Program-made: the position numbers and the translations under genes
Shown here: one piece after another, positions 14,896 through 29,747 of the stretch
Layout: each line of letters begins with the position of its first letter
Numbering within the stretch: the first letter of the stretch is position 1
Notes under the pieces: generated by a model
Seen by the model: the letters and a program-made list of their open reading frames with translations, nothing else
The model's database searches: none
Told to the model about the DNA's origin: nothing
Assembly: GCA_951406725.2 (NCBI GenBank)
Contig: OX597820.1
Location: 69,812,001-69,876,000, forward strand
Reading direction: 5' to 3'
DNA: 64,000 nucleotides
DNA from: Octopus vulgaris
Lineage: Eukaryota

Positions 14896-15594
14896 TACAT
14901 TTTCTTCTTCGTCTTCTATATTAATAGTCTTTCGCCTTCCATTTGTGCGCTGATGACACCAATGAAGATGATCATATCGTATCCATTCTCAACTATAATA
15001 TAAAGTAATTAATTTGCAGAAGTCGTCGTGAGCGTGTAGTTTTCACGAACGTGGAAAAGAGGGAGGTTAGCACAAAAATATCTTCGAGTCGGATTCAATC
15101 GAAATATTTACGATAAGCGAAAATGAATTTCAATTGGATCAAGAATTCCAGAACCCATAGTAGTGGCCATTTAAAACGGCATCATTTTCTCATTCTTTAT
15201 TAGTTTTCTTTTTTTTTTTTTCCTTCTGTAAATAGCGTTCCATTTCTTCTTTAGAATAAAACGCCTCTTTCTCAAAATGCTTGTTATGTTAGACTACATC
15301 AGCTAAAACGAAATACGATAGAAAATGCTTCCTCCCCAATATGTAATTATATACGTCTTGTATTCCAGCCCAGCTTATCGCCAATGAAATTTATACGATC
15401 TATAATAACGTCTTTAAATTTCGGTTGAGACGAATGAATGTTTATTCCGTCTATCATCCGGAAACATTATCTTAACGAATTGCTTCCGATTGTTAGCAAG
15501 AAGGCAAAAGTCTAGACAATTTGGATTCATTCAATTTTTCAACCACCTACTTCCTACCTGCTCCCTCTCTTTCTCTCCCTCCCCATACATAAAC

Positions 15595-15662
<68 letters not shown>

Positions 15663-16314
15663 ATGTGTGTGTGTGTGTGTGCGTGTGTGCGCGTGAATAC
15701 ATACACATGTATATATATATATATATATATACGCTTATTTATATACATACACGTACATATATTTTATATATGTGTGTGTTTGTATGTAAGTGTGTGTATT
15801 TACGCATATTGAAGTGTGTGTGAATACATGATTTTTTTTATCATCTTCGCACGCAGGCAAAAACACAAAACAATAAACAGTCAGACACACACACAACGCA
15901 CACATATATCAATGTTGGAAAACCTGTATGGTTAAATGATTAAGATACTCCATTCGTGACCATGTGGTCTCAGGTTCGGTCCACTAAATGACAATTTTTT
16001 CAAGTGTCTTCAATACCTACGAGTAAAACAATTTCTAGTAAGCGAAATGGATGACCTGTAGTCATCGGTATTCCAGCCACTTCTGTAAAGCCCTCTGATC
16101 AAGCAGAACTGCTGTAAAACACATTCCAGTTTTGACAAGTGAATCTTTAGACTACCTTTATATATTCCTGATAGCAGGGTGTTATTTGACGGTGTGTGAG
16201 TTGTTATTTCTGGGGGTATTTCTAATAATTTGTAATAAAACTTGCTCACTTATCAATCTTAAAGCGATGGTAACCAATGGTAAACGAAGGCTGACATGTG
16301 ATCTCTCTTTCATC

Positions 16315-16742
16315 TCTTACTTGTTTTAGCCATCCGTCTGCGGTCATGCTGGGGCACCAGCCTCAATGGTTTAGTAGAACAAATCGATCACAGTAAGTAT
16401 TTTTTTATGTCTGTTACATATTTTATCTCTCTCGTTCACAGAACAGGCTAAGTTAAGGGAATATAATTAACCAAAAGCGTTTTTCAATCAGTGCGGGACA
16501 AACACAAACATAAAACACGCACACACACACACACACACATGGTGTCAGCTCGTTAATATATATCTTTTATCTTTCACTTGTTGCAGTCGTCAGACTGCGG
16601 TCACGCTTGGGCGATGCTCGGACCATGCTTGAAGAATTTTTTGTCGAATGAATCGACACCATACTGGGTTTTTTTTTTCCAAGCCAGACACTTATTCTAT
16701 CGGGGTCTTTAGCCCAAACGCTAATTTACGAGAACGTAAACC
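16315..16742 (-). mobile_element. two diverged SINE family B 3' halves
   Basis: CTGCGGTCATGCTGGGGCACC (~16338) and CTGCGGTCACGC...ACTTATTCTATCGG (~16596-16703). Confidence 0.6.
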
Positions 16743-16773
16743 CTATATATATATATATAGATGTGTATATATA

Positions 16774-16837
<64 letters not shown>

Positions 16838-17563
16838 GATATGTAAAAAAAATACAAACAGTGACAAGAGCGCATAACACTTAGAAGATGATACAACAAA
16901 CACAGACAGGACATTCGAAGCCCTCAGTTTTCAGTCAAGAACCGGATCATCGTAGTAATTTCGGCTCATTAATCTTGAGATTACTAGATCCGGCCAGCCC
17001 TCCATGAAAAACTAAGCAACGAGCATTAGAAAAACTAAGCTAGGAGCGTAGATTTCCTGGAAGAAGGATCGAATGCATACGAACACAGGGACAGCAAAAC
17101 GGACGGTGCACACGAATATAAAAAACAAAAAACAATAATGAAAGACAAAAACATGAAATACAAAAGCAATAAAGGTAAAAACAGCAGGTGTCTTACGACT
17201 AATAACAGTGCAAACAAGTTTGGCTGGCGTATTTTGGAAAAATTGCCTTAACGGCGAACAACGACAACGATGTTGTCACGGCGCTGGTCAGAGGCCGAAT
17301 AGATGTGTGTGTATATATATATATGTGTGTGTGTGTGTGTATGTATGTACGTATATATATATACTCACGTGTGTGTGTGTTTGTGTAATAGTTTTTTGCG
17401 CTCTGGAATGTAAAACACAATTTATAAGCCTCATTTTCAGTGATTCTACTAATGAGAATCCTGCTAATGAAGCAGATATTAAGTAGTAGATTGACCTGTT
17501 TGAATACCAAGTACCAGTCAATATTTTCTTAAATCACGCCCTACATTGTTAAAATGTAAAATA

Positions 17564-17842
17564 CAGGGTGCGTAAGATATTTGAGGACAGATTTATGTTT
17601 ATTAAAAACAGATATATGATAATATATGATAACTTTATTTATCAAAAAATGCTATGAGGATAAAGATAAACCGTCTTTTCTATAATATTATTCAATAAAG
17701 CCATCTTCAGCTTCAACAACTGTTTCTATATGAGACCTAGATCATCTACATGCTCGACTCAAGTGGTCCTGGTTCATTTTGGACATTACTCTGACTATGG
17801 CAGCTTTCATAGAATCTTTGGTGTTATGAGCGTGTTCGTTGA

Positions 17843-17915
<73 letters not shown>

Positions 17916-18865
17916 GTTGACCTTTCCACACATAAAAGACCAATGGAATGAGAACTGGGGAATTAGAAGGTAAAATGTTAGGGGTTATGTGATCATGAAA
18001 ATTTCAGCCATCCGTTCTTGTGTTCCTATAGCCATGTGTGATAGTGCACAGTCTTACTGAAACATATATGATCTTCCATTGCATACACTGTTTATCCAGG
18101 TCTTAACAATTATTTCCAGGACCTTAGTGTCGGTGGCAGATTTAACTCTAAGGCCTTGTAGAAAGAAGTAAAGAGGTATCGCATGTCCTTCATTGCTGGT
18201 AATCCCTTAAACCATGAAAGTTGCAGGAAATTTTGTATGCATAATACCTGGAACTTCAGAAGGGTCTGCACATAACCATCTGCCGTTTCTTTGTTGAAGT
18301 TTTTTGCGATTGAGAAAAACCAAATCAAATCTTCTTCTGCTGGAATTTTCAGTTTGTTTAAGAGCCTTTTAGGTCTAATATAGTGATTTTCTTTTGCTTT
18401 TTCTGACTTTTTCCTCATCATATAAGACTTATATCTGATGTCTTTGTGGACAGCATTTCTGACTGTTCCTTCTGACACATGGAGAGCTTTTGCAATTGAC
18501 CTCATGGTCTTTCTGGGATTGTAACCAATGGTCTGTTGAAATTGCTGGATAAATTCTGGTGTTCTGATAATTTCAGAGCGTTTAGAATGCTTTTTATGCT
18601 TTGATACTGGTGATACGTTTCCATCTTTAGTCTCTAGCTCCTTACAAACTTTATAGACGAAAGATCTGGCAACTTTTAAAAATCAAGATATTTCTAAATC
18701 GCTATGCACAGCCTTTATAACCACAATAACAGCATGCCTCTTCATTACTTGAGTAAGCTGATGGTCTGCCATTATTATTTTCTGAAACAAAGATAATTTA
18801 GTGTTAGCAAAAAAATGCAGCAATGACCCAAAAAAGGTATGTCTTCAAATACCTTACGCACCCTG
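17564..18865 (-). mobile_element. Tc1/mariner superfamily transposon, DD37D (maT-like), both TIRs present, transposase decayed
   Basis: TIRs CAGGGTGCGTAAG(A/G)TATTTGA(G/A)GACA, each flanked by TA; 1302 bp long. Confidence 0.9.
17688..18772 (-). pseudogene. transposase pseudogene (HTH plus DDD domain)
   Basis: MADHQLTQ...MRSIAKALHVSEGTVRNAVHKDIRYKSY...LIWFFS...; C-terminus HNTKDSMKAAIVRVMSKMNQDHL...GFIE*. Contains stops, frameshifts and a (GA)n expansion. Confidence 0.85.
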
Positions 18866-20147
18866 TATATATAGATGAACGAACGATCATGCATTTAAAA
18901 AAATTCATTGAAGGATCACGATCGCTGTGGAGGTTACTCTTTTGATCGTGTACTTCTTCGATCAGTGTTGGCCTGACGTTCAGTAGTGATAGCAAAAACA
19001 GGAAGAACAGCAACAACAACAACATGATGGCAGTTATTCTTTTATTGATTTCTTCATTGTATTTCGATGTGGATTCATCTAAATGAATTTTGTGTTTTAT
19101 TGAATATGTATAATAAATGACGAAAATTATGACCGGTAATTGTTACCAGCAGTTGACTATCATGCACCCATACGTAAACTTGGTAATGTATGACAGCATA
19201 TCTTTAACAATGTAGCTGGTTATCGCATAAGGTATAGAATATCTGAATGATCACATTAACAGAGTATCCACTCATATTAATATAAAACCAGTTTCACTTT
19301 TATTTCCTTGCATATAAAATTCTTTTCAATTTTTGCTTCTATAACTTCGTCATTACAATGAATATATTTGCCTGAATTTCTGCTCTTTCCCAGCGTTAGT
19401 CATTCGCTCCCCCCTCTCTCTCTCTCTTTGCCTTCCTTTGTTTCTCTCTTGCTATCTTTGCGTTACTTTATCTTTTTCTCTCTCTTTCTCTCGCTTTTAT
19501 TCCATCCCTATCTCACTCTCTCTTTCATTCTTACTATATCCGTATCTCTTTCACTCACACAGTGTTCCACACGTAAACTAAACACACCTCTATCAGTGTT
19601 TCTCCACTTTTATTAATTCACTGTTACCCGTTATCTCTAATCTCTACCTACTCTCTATATTTTTCTCTTTCGATCTTCCTCCCTTTCACTATATCTATCT
19701 ATTTATCTATCTGTTTTTCTATCAATCTATCTATCTACCTACCTACTTATTTTTCTATCTATCTATCTATCTATCTACCTATCTATCTATTTCTCTGTCG
19801 TTCTATCCTTATCACTACCCATCTTTCATTTTCATTGGCAATATCAATAGAGTCCTAAGTCTTTATAAATGTTGAATGTTTGCTTCTTAATATGCTATTA
19901 AATGTTCTTGCCAAGTAATCAGTGCCTCTTAGAAGGAAGCCATTTATATGGCACGATAACTGAGGTTGTGTGAATACATTTAGAAGATTTCACCTTGTTT
20001 TGCCTACTTAATCCGCCTTTACAAATGAAGACAAAATTGCAGATAGCAATATATAGATTTGCATAAATAAACACCAGTTCATATGCAAATATTCGCTAAC
20101 ATATCTGTGCGTATGCATATAAACGTATACATACATGCCAACATACA

Positions 20148-20233
<86 letters not shown>

Positions 20234-20330
20234 CATACATTGTTGTTATTGCTTTTATTACGTAGTCCCAATTCAATCCTGATCGAGCAGACCTATAGTC
20301 AAAAGCATTTCAACCAACTTCATCCTGCCT

Positions 20331-20430
<100 letters not shown>

Positions 20431-20721
20431 AGAAATTTTTACAAGGAAAAGTTTTATAGAGACTTCGAAATTACAGCTTGTTCGCCGGCATCAGACAGTT
20501 TGATGTCCGCGAGCAAACGAAAACTCCTAAAATATTCTTAATAATAAATATGAACTCCAATAAAATGTAATCCTTCATGTCAATATTAAATAGTTTTATG
20601 TATATATTCACATAAAGATCATACACGCACACACACGCTCGCACACACATATATACTTATATATATGTGTATATACATATATATATATGTATAAACACAC
20701 ATGTACATACATATTATCTAT

Positions 20722-20761
<40 letters not shown>

Positions 20762-20779
20762 TATATAACGGTAGAGGCA

Positions 20780-22000
20780 TTAGGTCAGCCCACACAGACT
20801 TTGAATGTCGCATTATGTCACTCAAACAACTGCTGCTGAACAGTAAAGAAAGAAATGTGTACATTCCACGCATACTCAAAAGTGAGAGCAACAACATGTT
20901 TAGGCTTGGGGAAAAGCTACTGTGCAGGTACTCTGAGGATACAAGAAAACAAATGTCTCACGCGAGCTAAGGGAGGTTGAACTGGCCTATCTAAACAAAA
21001 GCTCTGGAAGAGAAGCAGGCGTCATACCAACAAAAAGCAATGTATGGATACATATCCTGTAACCTCGAGGGCAACAACGGCATTTACAAGAAGCGTAGCT
21101 TCTCATTGACCTACGATAGATACAGTATTTCCCATCTATAAGAATATGACTTCGCGATCCAGAAACACGAAATAACTACGACATACTTGATAAACAAGAG
21201 GGCAAACCGTCAAGTTGTGATAATGAAATTGTCGACCCTGCTATAGCAGTTTGGAAGATATCACTCACATCATCAGCAGCTACCTGAAAATGTCTACCAG
21301 ATGCTCTCTGCTCCTGAGACATAATTTAGATCCAAAGATTATTTACAATGGTATCTACTGGAAGCGCTTCCCTGACGTCGAAGCCATGTCAGAAACAGCA
21401 GGTACTCACACCATTAAAAACAAGGAATACTGGTGCAGCGCTGCAATAAAAAACATCAAACACAGAGGCGACAAACAAGGACAGACAAACGAATTAAGTC
21501 GATTATATCGACACCATTGCGTAACTGGTACTTAATTTATCGACCCCGATAGGATGAAAGGTAAAGTCGACCTCGGCAGAATTTGAACTCAGAACGTAGC
21601 GGCAGACGAAATACCGCTAATTATTTCTTCCGGCGTGCTAACGTTTCTGCCAGCTCACATTGTATTGTTCTGTGGAACAGGGAACAAAAGTCATGCAATA
21701 GTGTAGAGGTCTGATGCCCAGCAAATGTGAATGTACAATCAAAAGTCCAGGTAAAAGGAAACATTTTTGGCGAATTATTGCGGAGAATTCAACTCCTGTA
21801 CCCTGACTATGAATTCTTATCTTTATCTATCGTCATAGGTGCATTAGTTTCTGTACTAATAGATTTGCGCGGAAACTTTGAAATACTCGATTTCAGCAGA
21901 AAGATCTAAAGAAGCTGACGTAGATTCTCCAAATCCAATCTGTTAGTGGCATATTGAAAATTTTTAAGACATACCAAACATTCTCCATCTGATATTAAGT
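20780..22000 (+). mobile_element. 3' fragment of a non-LTR retrotransposon with restriction-like endonuclease (R4/Dong/NeSL-like), decayed
   Basis: EDITHIISSYLKM...LLRHN resembles a CCHC knuckle plus RHD/N motif; VEV*CPANVNVQSK...IFGELLRRIQLLYPDYEF...IVIGAL resembles the RLE C-terminus. Confidence 0.7.
21462..21657 (-). mobile_element. SINE family A (head unit plus part of the dimer linker) nested in the RLE LINE
   Basis: Matches 290-487. Confidence 0.85.
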
Positions 22001-23234
22001 GAATGGATGCACACACTTGAGTGTATGCATCGACAATTCAACCAATACACAAAATCAACCGCATTTTTACAAACTTGGGTTCTTAACGAGTTGGTTTAGT
22101 AACGAGTAATTACTAGCTTAAGCGTTACCCTGTCTCCTTAGCATTGCAGCAGATTTCCCCCCATATCTCAATGCCAGCAGACACCTATTACATAGAATTT
22201 ATAAGTGGTTCGGGTTTCGTTTTCTGTTTTTGTCTTGTTTTGTCTTTGTTTTTGTTTATGGCCTTAGTATTGTTATTTTTATTTTATTCTTGTATTTATA
22301 AACTTGGTGTGTGTCCTATCTTGCTTCCAAATATTTGTGGTTGGTAATTTTCCTTTTTACTCTGTATGGTTATGGCAAATTTCCATTGGTCAAATTCCGT
22401 TTTCCACGCCATTGTTTTGAGAGCTAGAGCATGTAGTTGGTATCTTTACTGATTCTGTGGAATCTGTTAATGATTTCTTTGTCAGCGCTTGACATAACTT
22501 CATGCTGCATTGAGTTGTTTTGCAAGATTTCTCTTTCCATAAAGTCGGCCTTCTTGGCATTCATCAAATTAAAGGGTGAGGTTGCTCAAAAGTAAAATGA
22601 AATACGTATTAGGATGAAAGTAAAAGTGTTAAGATAACAAATGTGTCTAAGAATTCTTCCTTATTTGTATATAGTTTCCAAAGTATTTTGCAATGAAGTT
22701 CAATGAGATTGTATAATAAAATGAGATGAGATAATAAAGCGAGATAATACAAGGAAAGGAAATATAAAGGAGATGGAATGTATAAATGTTGCTTAACTTG
22801 GGCCAGTGCTTATAGCAAAAAATAAAGATATATCTGATCAGAAAGTTACCATTGGTTTCGTGCCGACTGTTGTACTTCTCAGCAGTGATGACATACTGGT
22901 CATAAACGCATTTCCTATATGCTGCAGTCATATAGAAGCCCTAGGGACTTCGGTGTTGGTAAAAAGATCCGGATAATAAAAAAATATTTTTTCCTGGGCA
23001 GTGGGAAGGAAGAGGTATTTTCTCTGCATTGATGTTAGCCGTGGTTGAAGTATGTCAGTTGTTTGTACATACATGTGTGCCATTCCCTAATCCAAAAACG
23101 GAATCAGCCACATTGATAAAACATATTTCCGCTGAAGGGCATTATCTGAATATTTCGTTTTCGAGTTCAGGAATACATCCGAAATTCAGTACATGATCAG
23201 TTATATGCAATAACTAGTAACACCGCTCAGCGAG

Positions 23235-23235
<1 letters not shown>

Positions 23236-23265
<30 letters not shown>

Positions 23266-23418
23266 CATACATACATACATACATACATACATACATACAT
23301 ACATACACACACACACATATATAATACATACATACATGAATACATGCATACATACACACATACATACATACATACATACATACATACATACATACATACA
23401 TACATACATACATACATA
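23236..23418. repeat. (ACAT)n microsatellite
   Basis: Read directly. Confidence 0.95.
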
Positions 23419-25693
23419 CAGCACAGGGACGGATTTTTTTGGTTAATTTATACATTACATATGCATGCATATGTCTAGACATATGTATTTTTCATATATA
23501 TGCAATTTGTTGACATGTATCGGAGAATATTTATATAAATATTTCTTCTCAGTGTATATTTGTGCATATGCGTAAGTATATTTTTGATTTCTGAGGTAAA
23601 GACATAAAATTTGCACACATTAGCACAGTATCTAACTCGGCTTGAAATAGAATTGCCTAGAGCTGATGTGCCATATCATGCTATGATGTAAACTGAGTTC
23701 TATTATGAAGTAGCTCACAATAGTAAACATGTTTTGCCAGTGTTTCTACTCTCTAGTTGGAACATCTGTACCTGCAATCAGTCTAATTAGAAAATAACTG
23801 TACACTTGAAGGAGTGATATTCTATTTGTGTGAGATCTTAGATCTTGAATGTCATTTATCAAGCTGGCATTAATAAACGTAGTAATAATCATGTGTTAGC
23901 ACCTATTCTATTCATACTGCCGCTGTGAAAAGTAATTTTTATTATCACTCAGTAACAATTAATAACATTCTGGGGGAAAAAAATATAAGATTCGCCCAAA
24001 TTTATTAAACATGAAGAAGGTGTAAAAAGAATGAACAAAGAGGGAATACATAATTATCGGGAATGCGACACAAGTGAATTCAGAATTAAAGTATTTGGAG
24101 ATTTAATAGAAGCCAGAGGGATGAAAAGCTAAGTCAACACCGTCAGGATTTGAAGTCGGAAAGCCGTTCTCTTTCACAATCCTTCTGTCGCAAGCATGCA
24201 CACACGTATACATAAATGCATGCGCACAAGTATGTTTATATCTATATTTACAAACATACACACAAACATAAATTGATAGATTTATATTTTGCGCGCACAT
24301 ATATACTGTTTATGCGTTTATGAGGTGACGGTGGGGGTGCGCGCGCGCGCGTGTAAGTGTGTGTGTGTGTATGTGTGCACGTGCGTGTGTGTGCGTGACG
24401 GGGAGGTTGCGCATGTGTGTAAACATATCCTGCAGAAATTTTATTTCGCCAAACTATATGATAGCATTTTGAACATATGAATTATTAGCGATAGCTTCCG
24501 GTCATACTTACCTCGGAATATGCGAAGTAGGATTTTTTTTTTTCTAAATGAAAACTGCTTATGGTTAACCTTTTAATAATGCTTTCTTATATAAAGCATT
24601 TTTAAGCTCACTACATTGCTTCTGTGCCCAATTTTACTGATATAGGCGCAAACCCTCGAAATAGCAATGATTTAGCATAGTGGGAGAATGTAATCTTTTG
24701 CTGCTCTGGGCAATTTCATCAAACTGAAATTCATTGCTCTCACTATGCAAACCTATCGTTTTTTATTAGAAGTTCCATACAGAGACGTATGATCAAACAT
24801 GTCTTAGTGACTGCTAATATTTGTATCATTTTTATTAATATTATTTTTTTTTTTTCATAATTAGTTTTTGGAATGTATTCAATCAGGCTAAGGGCGAAAA
24901 TGTTTAGTTTAAAAAAAAATATTTATTGATTCAGCCAAACCTTGAAGTGTTTTGTTGCATGGTTCTAATTTCTTGGAGAAGAGCAACTTTATTGTAAAAA
25001 CAACATAAAGGCGGCGTGAAAGTCGGTACTGAATTTATTCACAGATTCCGAAGCCGTGTCCCTTACGGCTATGGACTCGTCTATTTCTAGCCTCTGCCAA
25101 ATATAATTAAAAATGTTATATCGTTTAAAATATTTTGAAGAACAAGAATATTGTTTTTCTAAAATTATATAACCTTTTACTTTTTAATACAAGCTATTTC
25201 TATCCAATAATTTCCTTTGTTTTTATTCATTTGTAATTAATTTTTTCAGTTTTTTTCACTTTATTACAACGACCTTTTTACTGTAATATAGTTTTGTTGA
25301 TCTCATGTCATCCTATATTTATATCTTATATGATTTCCTCACCTTCTTTCTACATCAATAATTCCTATTGACCAAGTAGACCGTCAAAAACATCTTCCAT
25401 ACCACGATTCTTTAGCTGTTTGTCGCTTACAGTGTGCATACACGTTCGTACACGCGCACATACATACACACACATATACACACACGTGCATACACATACA
25501 TACACACGCACGCACGTACACATATATATATATACACACAGAGGATTTCCAACTTGTTTTCAGACATGGGCGTGTTATCAAGAAACCCGGCCTGCAACCA
25601 CAAGATTCTGGGCAAAGTCCTTCCACACGACACCCCAAGCAAATGTCCCCCACTACCTACACATCTATGTATATACATTTATATATGTTTGCA

Positions 25694-25847
25694 TAAGGCG
25701 TGTTTGTTGAGTAAAAATGATTCTTCCCAACAACACGGTCCCGGGATCAGTCCCACTTCGTGAAACCTTGGTCAAGTGTTATCTACTATATCCCTAGGCC
25801 TACCAAAGCCTTGTGAATAGATTTGGTAGACGGAATCTGAAAGGAGC

Positions 25848-25910
<63 letters not shown>

Positions 25911-26155
25911 TACATACACACATATGTCTTTGTATGTATGTGTGTGTGTGTGTGTGTGCTCATTTATGTGTGTCTTTCTTTATCTATGTGTGTATGTGAG
26001 TGTGTTGTGTGTGGTTGTTTGTGTACGTGTTTGTTCCCATCACCGGTTCACAACCGTTGGTGGTGCTGGGGCCGATTCATTCGAAGAAAAGATCTTCGAG
26101 GCGGTACTCCAGCATGGCTGCAGTCTAATGACTGAAACAAGTGAAGCATAAAAGA
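25694..26155 (+). mobile_element. SINE family B with an expanded internal (TA)n(TG)n tract
   Basis: CCAAAGCCTTGTGAATAGATTTGGTAGACGGAA body and CCAGCATGGCTGCAGTCTAATGACTGAAACAAG tail. Confidence 0.8.
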
Positions 26156-26505
26156 TAATATATATATATATTTATACACACAAATATAATAAGCCCTCGA
26201 CACAATTTGATGAGTTAGTATTTAATAACACGCACACACTCTCTTCATAACTTGATTTCGTGAACACGTTCTGCATTTAATAATCGTTGATATAAGCCAA
26301 TTGTTGTTCATCAATATTTCTCCATTTTCCCTTTTCTTTAAATTTTGATTCCCGATAAACCCAGGTTTGTCTTTGTCTTTACCTATAATTTATGAGCCTA
26401 ATATGTTTGCATATGTATGCCCATGGTTAAACATAGCTAATATACCAGTAGTATAATAAATACTTCTATCCCTTAGACGGTTATTTTAGCCTCTAAGTCA
26501 GCTAA

Positions 26506-26568
<63 letters not shown>

Positions 26569-26697
26569 TCAAAGGAGATACTAAGTATGTCTACCTACTG
26601 GAAATAATAGTCAAAAATCTTATTTTAATTGCCAAAATACACTGATATTAACTACAGAAATCAACCGTCCGAAGGCATACATTCAAGTATTTGGACT

Positions 26698-26751
26698 CAC
26701 ATGGACCGGTTTCTGCACTGGCATAATAGCCTCAGCCTCTTCATTACGCGT
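26698..26751 (-). ncRNA. degenerate type I hammerhead motif in a (TA)n-flanked segment (26543-26898)
   Basis: Minus strand: ACGCGTA ATGAAGA GGCTGAGGCTATTATGCCAGTGCA GAAAC CG GTC CATGTG. Confidence 0.5.
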
Positions 26752-26895
26752 TACCATGATAGACCCTCTTCTCACAATCAAAGCACTAGGACATCAATAA
26801 TACTGAAGATATGAATATTCAGACTTTATTAAAATCGAATTTGATTCTTATATAATTCCTTTAAATGCTACTGATTCGTTTTTCGCCAAAATTAT

Positions 26896-27017
<122 letters not shown>

Positions 27018-29079
27018 TATTTATGTGTCTATGTGTGTATTTTGGTTGTAATATTTGTAGTGATTCTAAATGACCAATACATACTTTTGGGTCACCGTCC
27101 TTACAATAATTATTGAGTTTTAGGGGAATATTCCTTCAGGATAGTGTAAAAGAAACGTTCGCTTCATCAATCTAGAAGAGGCAATCGCAATCAGCACGAT
27201 CGTTAGAAACAACATTAGAAAAGAATAATAGCAACAAATCTATAACAATGTGTAAATATTTTGAAAATCCTAGCATTAAAGCTGTAAGCACCATATATTC
27301 TCTTAAATTTAATTGTTCTTATCAACTCATGTTATTTCCCTTATAATATGTCAGAAATCAAAGAAATACAAATGAAAATTAAGCAGAAGCCCCTAACAAT
27401 GTTTTCCTTTTTATTGTTACTAAAAATATTGTTTTGAAGTTTGTTGCGGAGAAATCGTAAGTAAAGAAATATAGAAGGGAGGACGAAAATTAGAGAAACT
27501 AGACGAGGGAAACGACCAGCGCCTTCAAATGATTTAACTCTGATAACTTTAGCATCATATGTTTCGCGTAAATAACTGGAAGGTGTAATGATGTTCAGTC
27601 TATCAACGTTGCGAATATTTAAACCTTATTAATATGTACTGTTTAGAATTATTTGTAAACCTCAAAATGATTTATGTAGAAATCATATTTTCTCTGACAA
27701 TACCTTATATCTAGGCTTTTAATTTCTTATTTGATGAATTAAATTGCCAATTTTCTTGACTTAATTTTCCTTCTTTTTTTTGCGCTTGAATTCTCAGTTT
27801 TTAAAAAAATTAAATGTAAGATAGGGCGAAGGTTTTTGTTTCAACTTTGAAAGCAAGTATAATTTTGTAGAAACTTGTAAAGTAGAGATATTTCTTGTGA
27901 TAAAAAGGTAAAACCTAATTTTCTGAAGGCTTTCTGATATTATTGTATTGCGAAACGAAATTACTATGAATAATCAATCCATTTGTTTGTTTGTTTTGTA
28001 TTCTTTCTTACTTTTAACGCCTTTGATGAAAAATAAACACAGCCGGAATAAAAAGCATCTAAAACTAAAAGCTATCAAATCAATCAATACAGGAAATTCC
28101 TTGCGATTACTTGACATCCAAGTATGAGCCATTAACCACGCTCTCAAGAAGGGTCTTCAGATTTCTTTGAAAAAACGTTTCATAGACCGTCTATTGTTTA
28201 TTTGCTTGCGGCAGTTCTTAGTCAGAATATTTGTAAATTGCATTGTTTTGCCTGATAGAGAAAAAAAAAACAACAAATACATAAAAACATTATCTTTCGA
28301 CCAACTTCCTTTCTTGCACTATCACGTGTCAGTTCTATGTTTATACGGTAATCGAAGCAACATTCTACTTCCTTTGTAGGAATTAATCAGTTCTGATTAG
28401 ACTGGGGTGTGCAGAGAAGTGTTTATGCAAGGATTACGGATAGGGTTGTCACAACACTCTGACAATTCAGGATTAATAGACATTGTGCTAAAATACAAAA
28501 CACTTGCTTAAATTATATTTTAATAAAATTCTAAGTATAGAACAATGCGGAAAGAAAAGATAGCTATCTTTCTAGCTTATAGAGACGCTATTAAGCAAAG
28601 TATCTGTAGAAAAGTAACAACTATTTCATCGTTTGCTTTCATTGTTTTTAAACAATAAGAATACAGAGCGGCTAATACAAGAAACCATGTTTTAAATCTA
28701 TAAACACCATTTTGCTTTCAAACACAGTTATGCTTATATACACTTTTGTTCTAAATGATGATTTTTAAAATATTATCTTTTGTGTGCATTAAAGTAACGA
28801 TGAATATTATCTATAGACGTCTTTTGTTTGCGCAGAGAAAGAAGGAAATCAAACATTTATTGCTAAGACATTCATATTTATGTATGCTTGTATGCCTGCG
28901 TGCGTGCACGTGCAAATTTGGAGGAAGGAGAATATCCAAAAATATGGGCACCTTCAGTAAATTTAAACTAAGTAATTATATAATTGGTTTATTGCTCATA
29001 TTTCCTGAGATTAATTGATGTCTTCATACGTGAAAACGATGTTCATTTCTTCTCCTACGAATATGAATTGGTTTCAAAT

Positions 29080-29220
29080 TTTGGCACAAGACCAGCAATT
29101 TTGAGGAGTGGGTAAGTCAATTACATCGACCCTCTTACTTAACCGGTGCTTATTTTATAGATACCGAAAGGATGAAAGACAAAGTCGACCCCAGTGGCAT
29201 TTGAACTCAGGAAACAAAAA
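29080..29220 (-). mobile_element. SINE family A fragment
   Basis: GGCACAAGACC...GAAAGGATGAAAGACAAAGTCGACC...ATTTGAACTCAG. Confidence 0.75.
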
Positions 29221-29231
29221 AGTCGTTCGAA

Positions 29232-29747
29232 ATACCACGCTCCTCATACCCAAATCTTTAGTGATAATGGACTGAACTGCACCGTAACTAATCTGCACAT
29301 CCTCTGATAACTCACGGATGGTGATTCGATGATTTCCCCTCACAGCTGCATTCACATCCGTAATATTTTTTTCTCAGTTCTGCTGGTTGCGGATCATCCA
29401 GAACGTTCATCAATATCGACATTTTTTCGGCCATGTTGGAAACATCTCAACCACTCCTACACTTGTGTAGTTCTTATACACCTTTCTCCATACACTTTCT
29501 GCAACTTTGCACAGACTTCTGAGCAGGTATCGCCATGACAACTTTCTCTGTTATGGTCAATACGACGATTAAACGCTACACACCTCCCTTCCAAACACTG
29601 CTGTAATAGCAGAAGTGAGTTAGAACGTTAAAAATTAGTGCGCATGCATAGCAGACTTTGTGGTCAATCTGTGCTAAGCAGCTTCATCCTGTGTGCTTTA
29701 GCTTCGTTACTACGGCCACAGTCCGGATATTTGTTGATCAGACCTCG
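29232..29747 (-). mobile_element. mariner 5' fragment with one TIR
   Basis: TA|CGAGGTCTGATCAACAAATATCCGGACT terminus; HTH peptide AAVRGNHRITIRELSEDVQISYGAVQSIITKDLGMR. Confidence 0.8.

Noticed and set aside
14592-14924. Poly-His/Pro/Leu or acidic protein
   Set aside because: Compound trinucleotide repeat with no splice or domain support.
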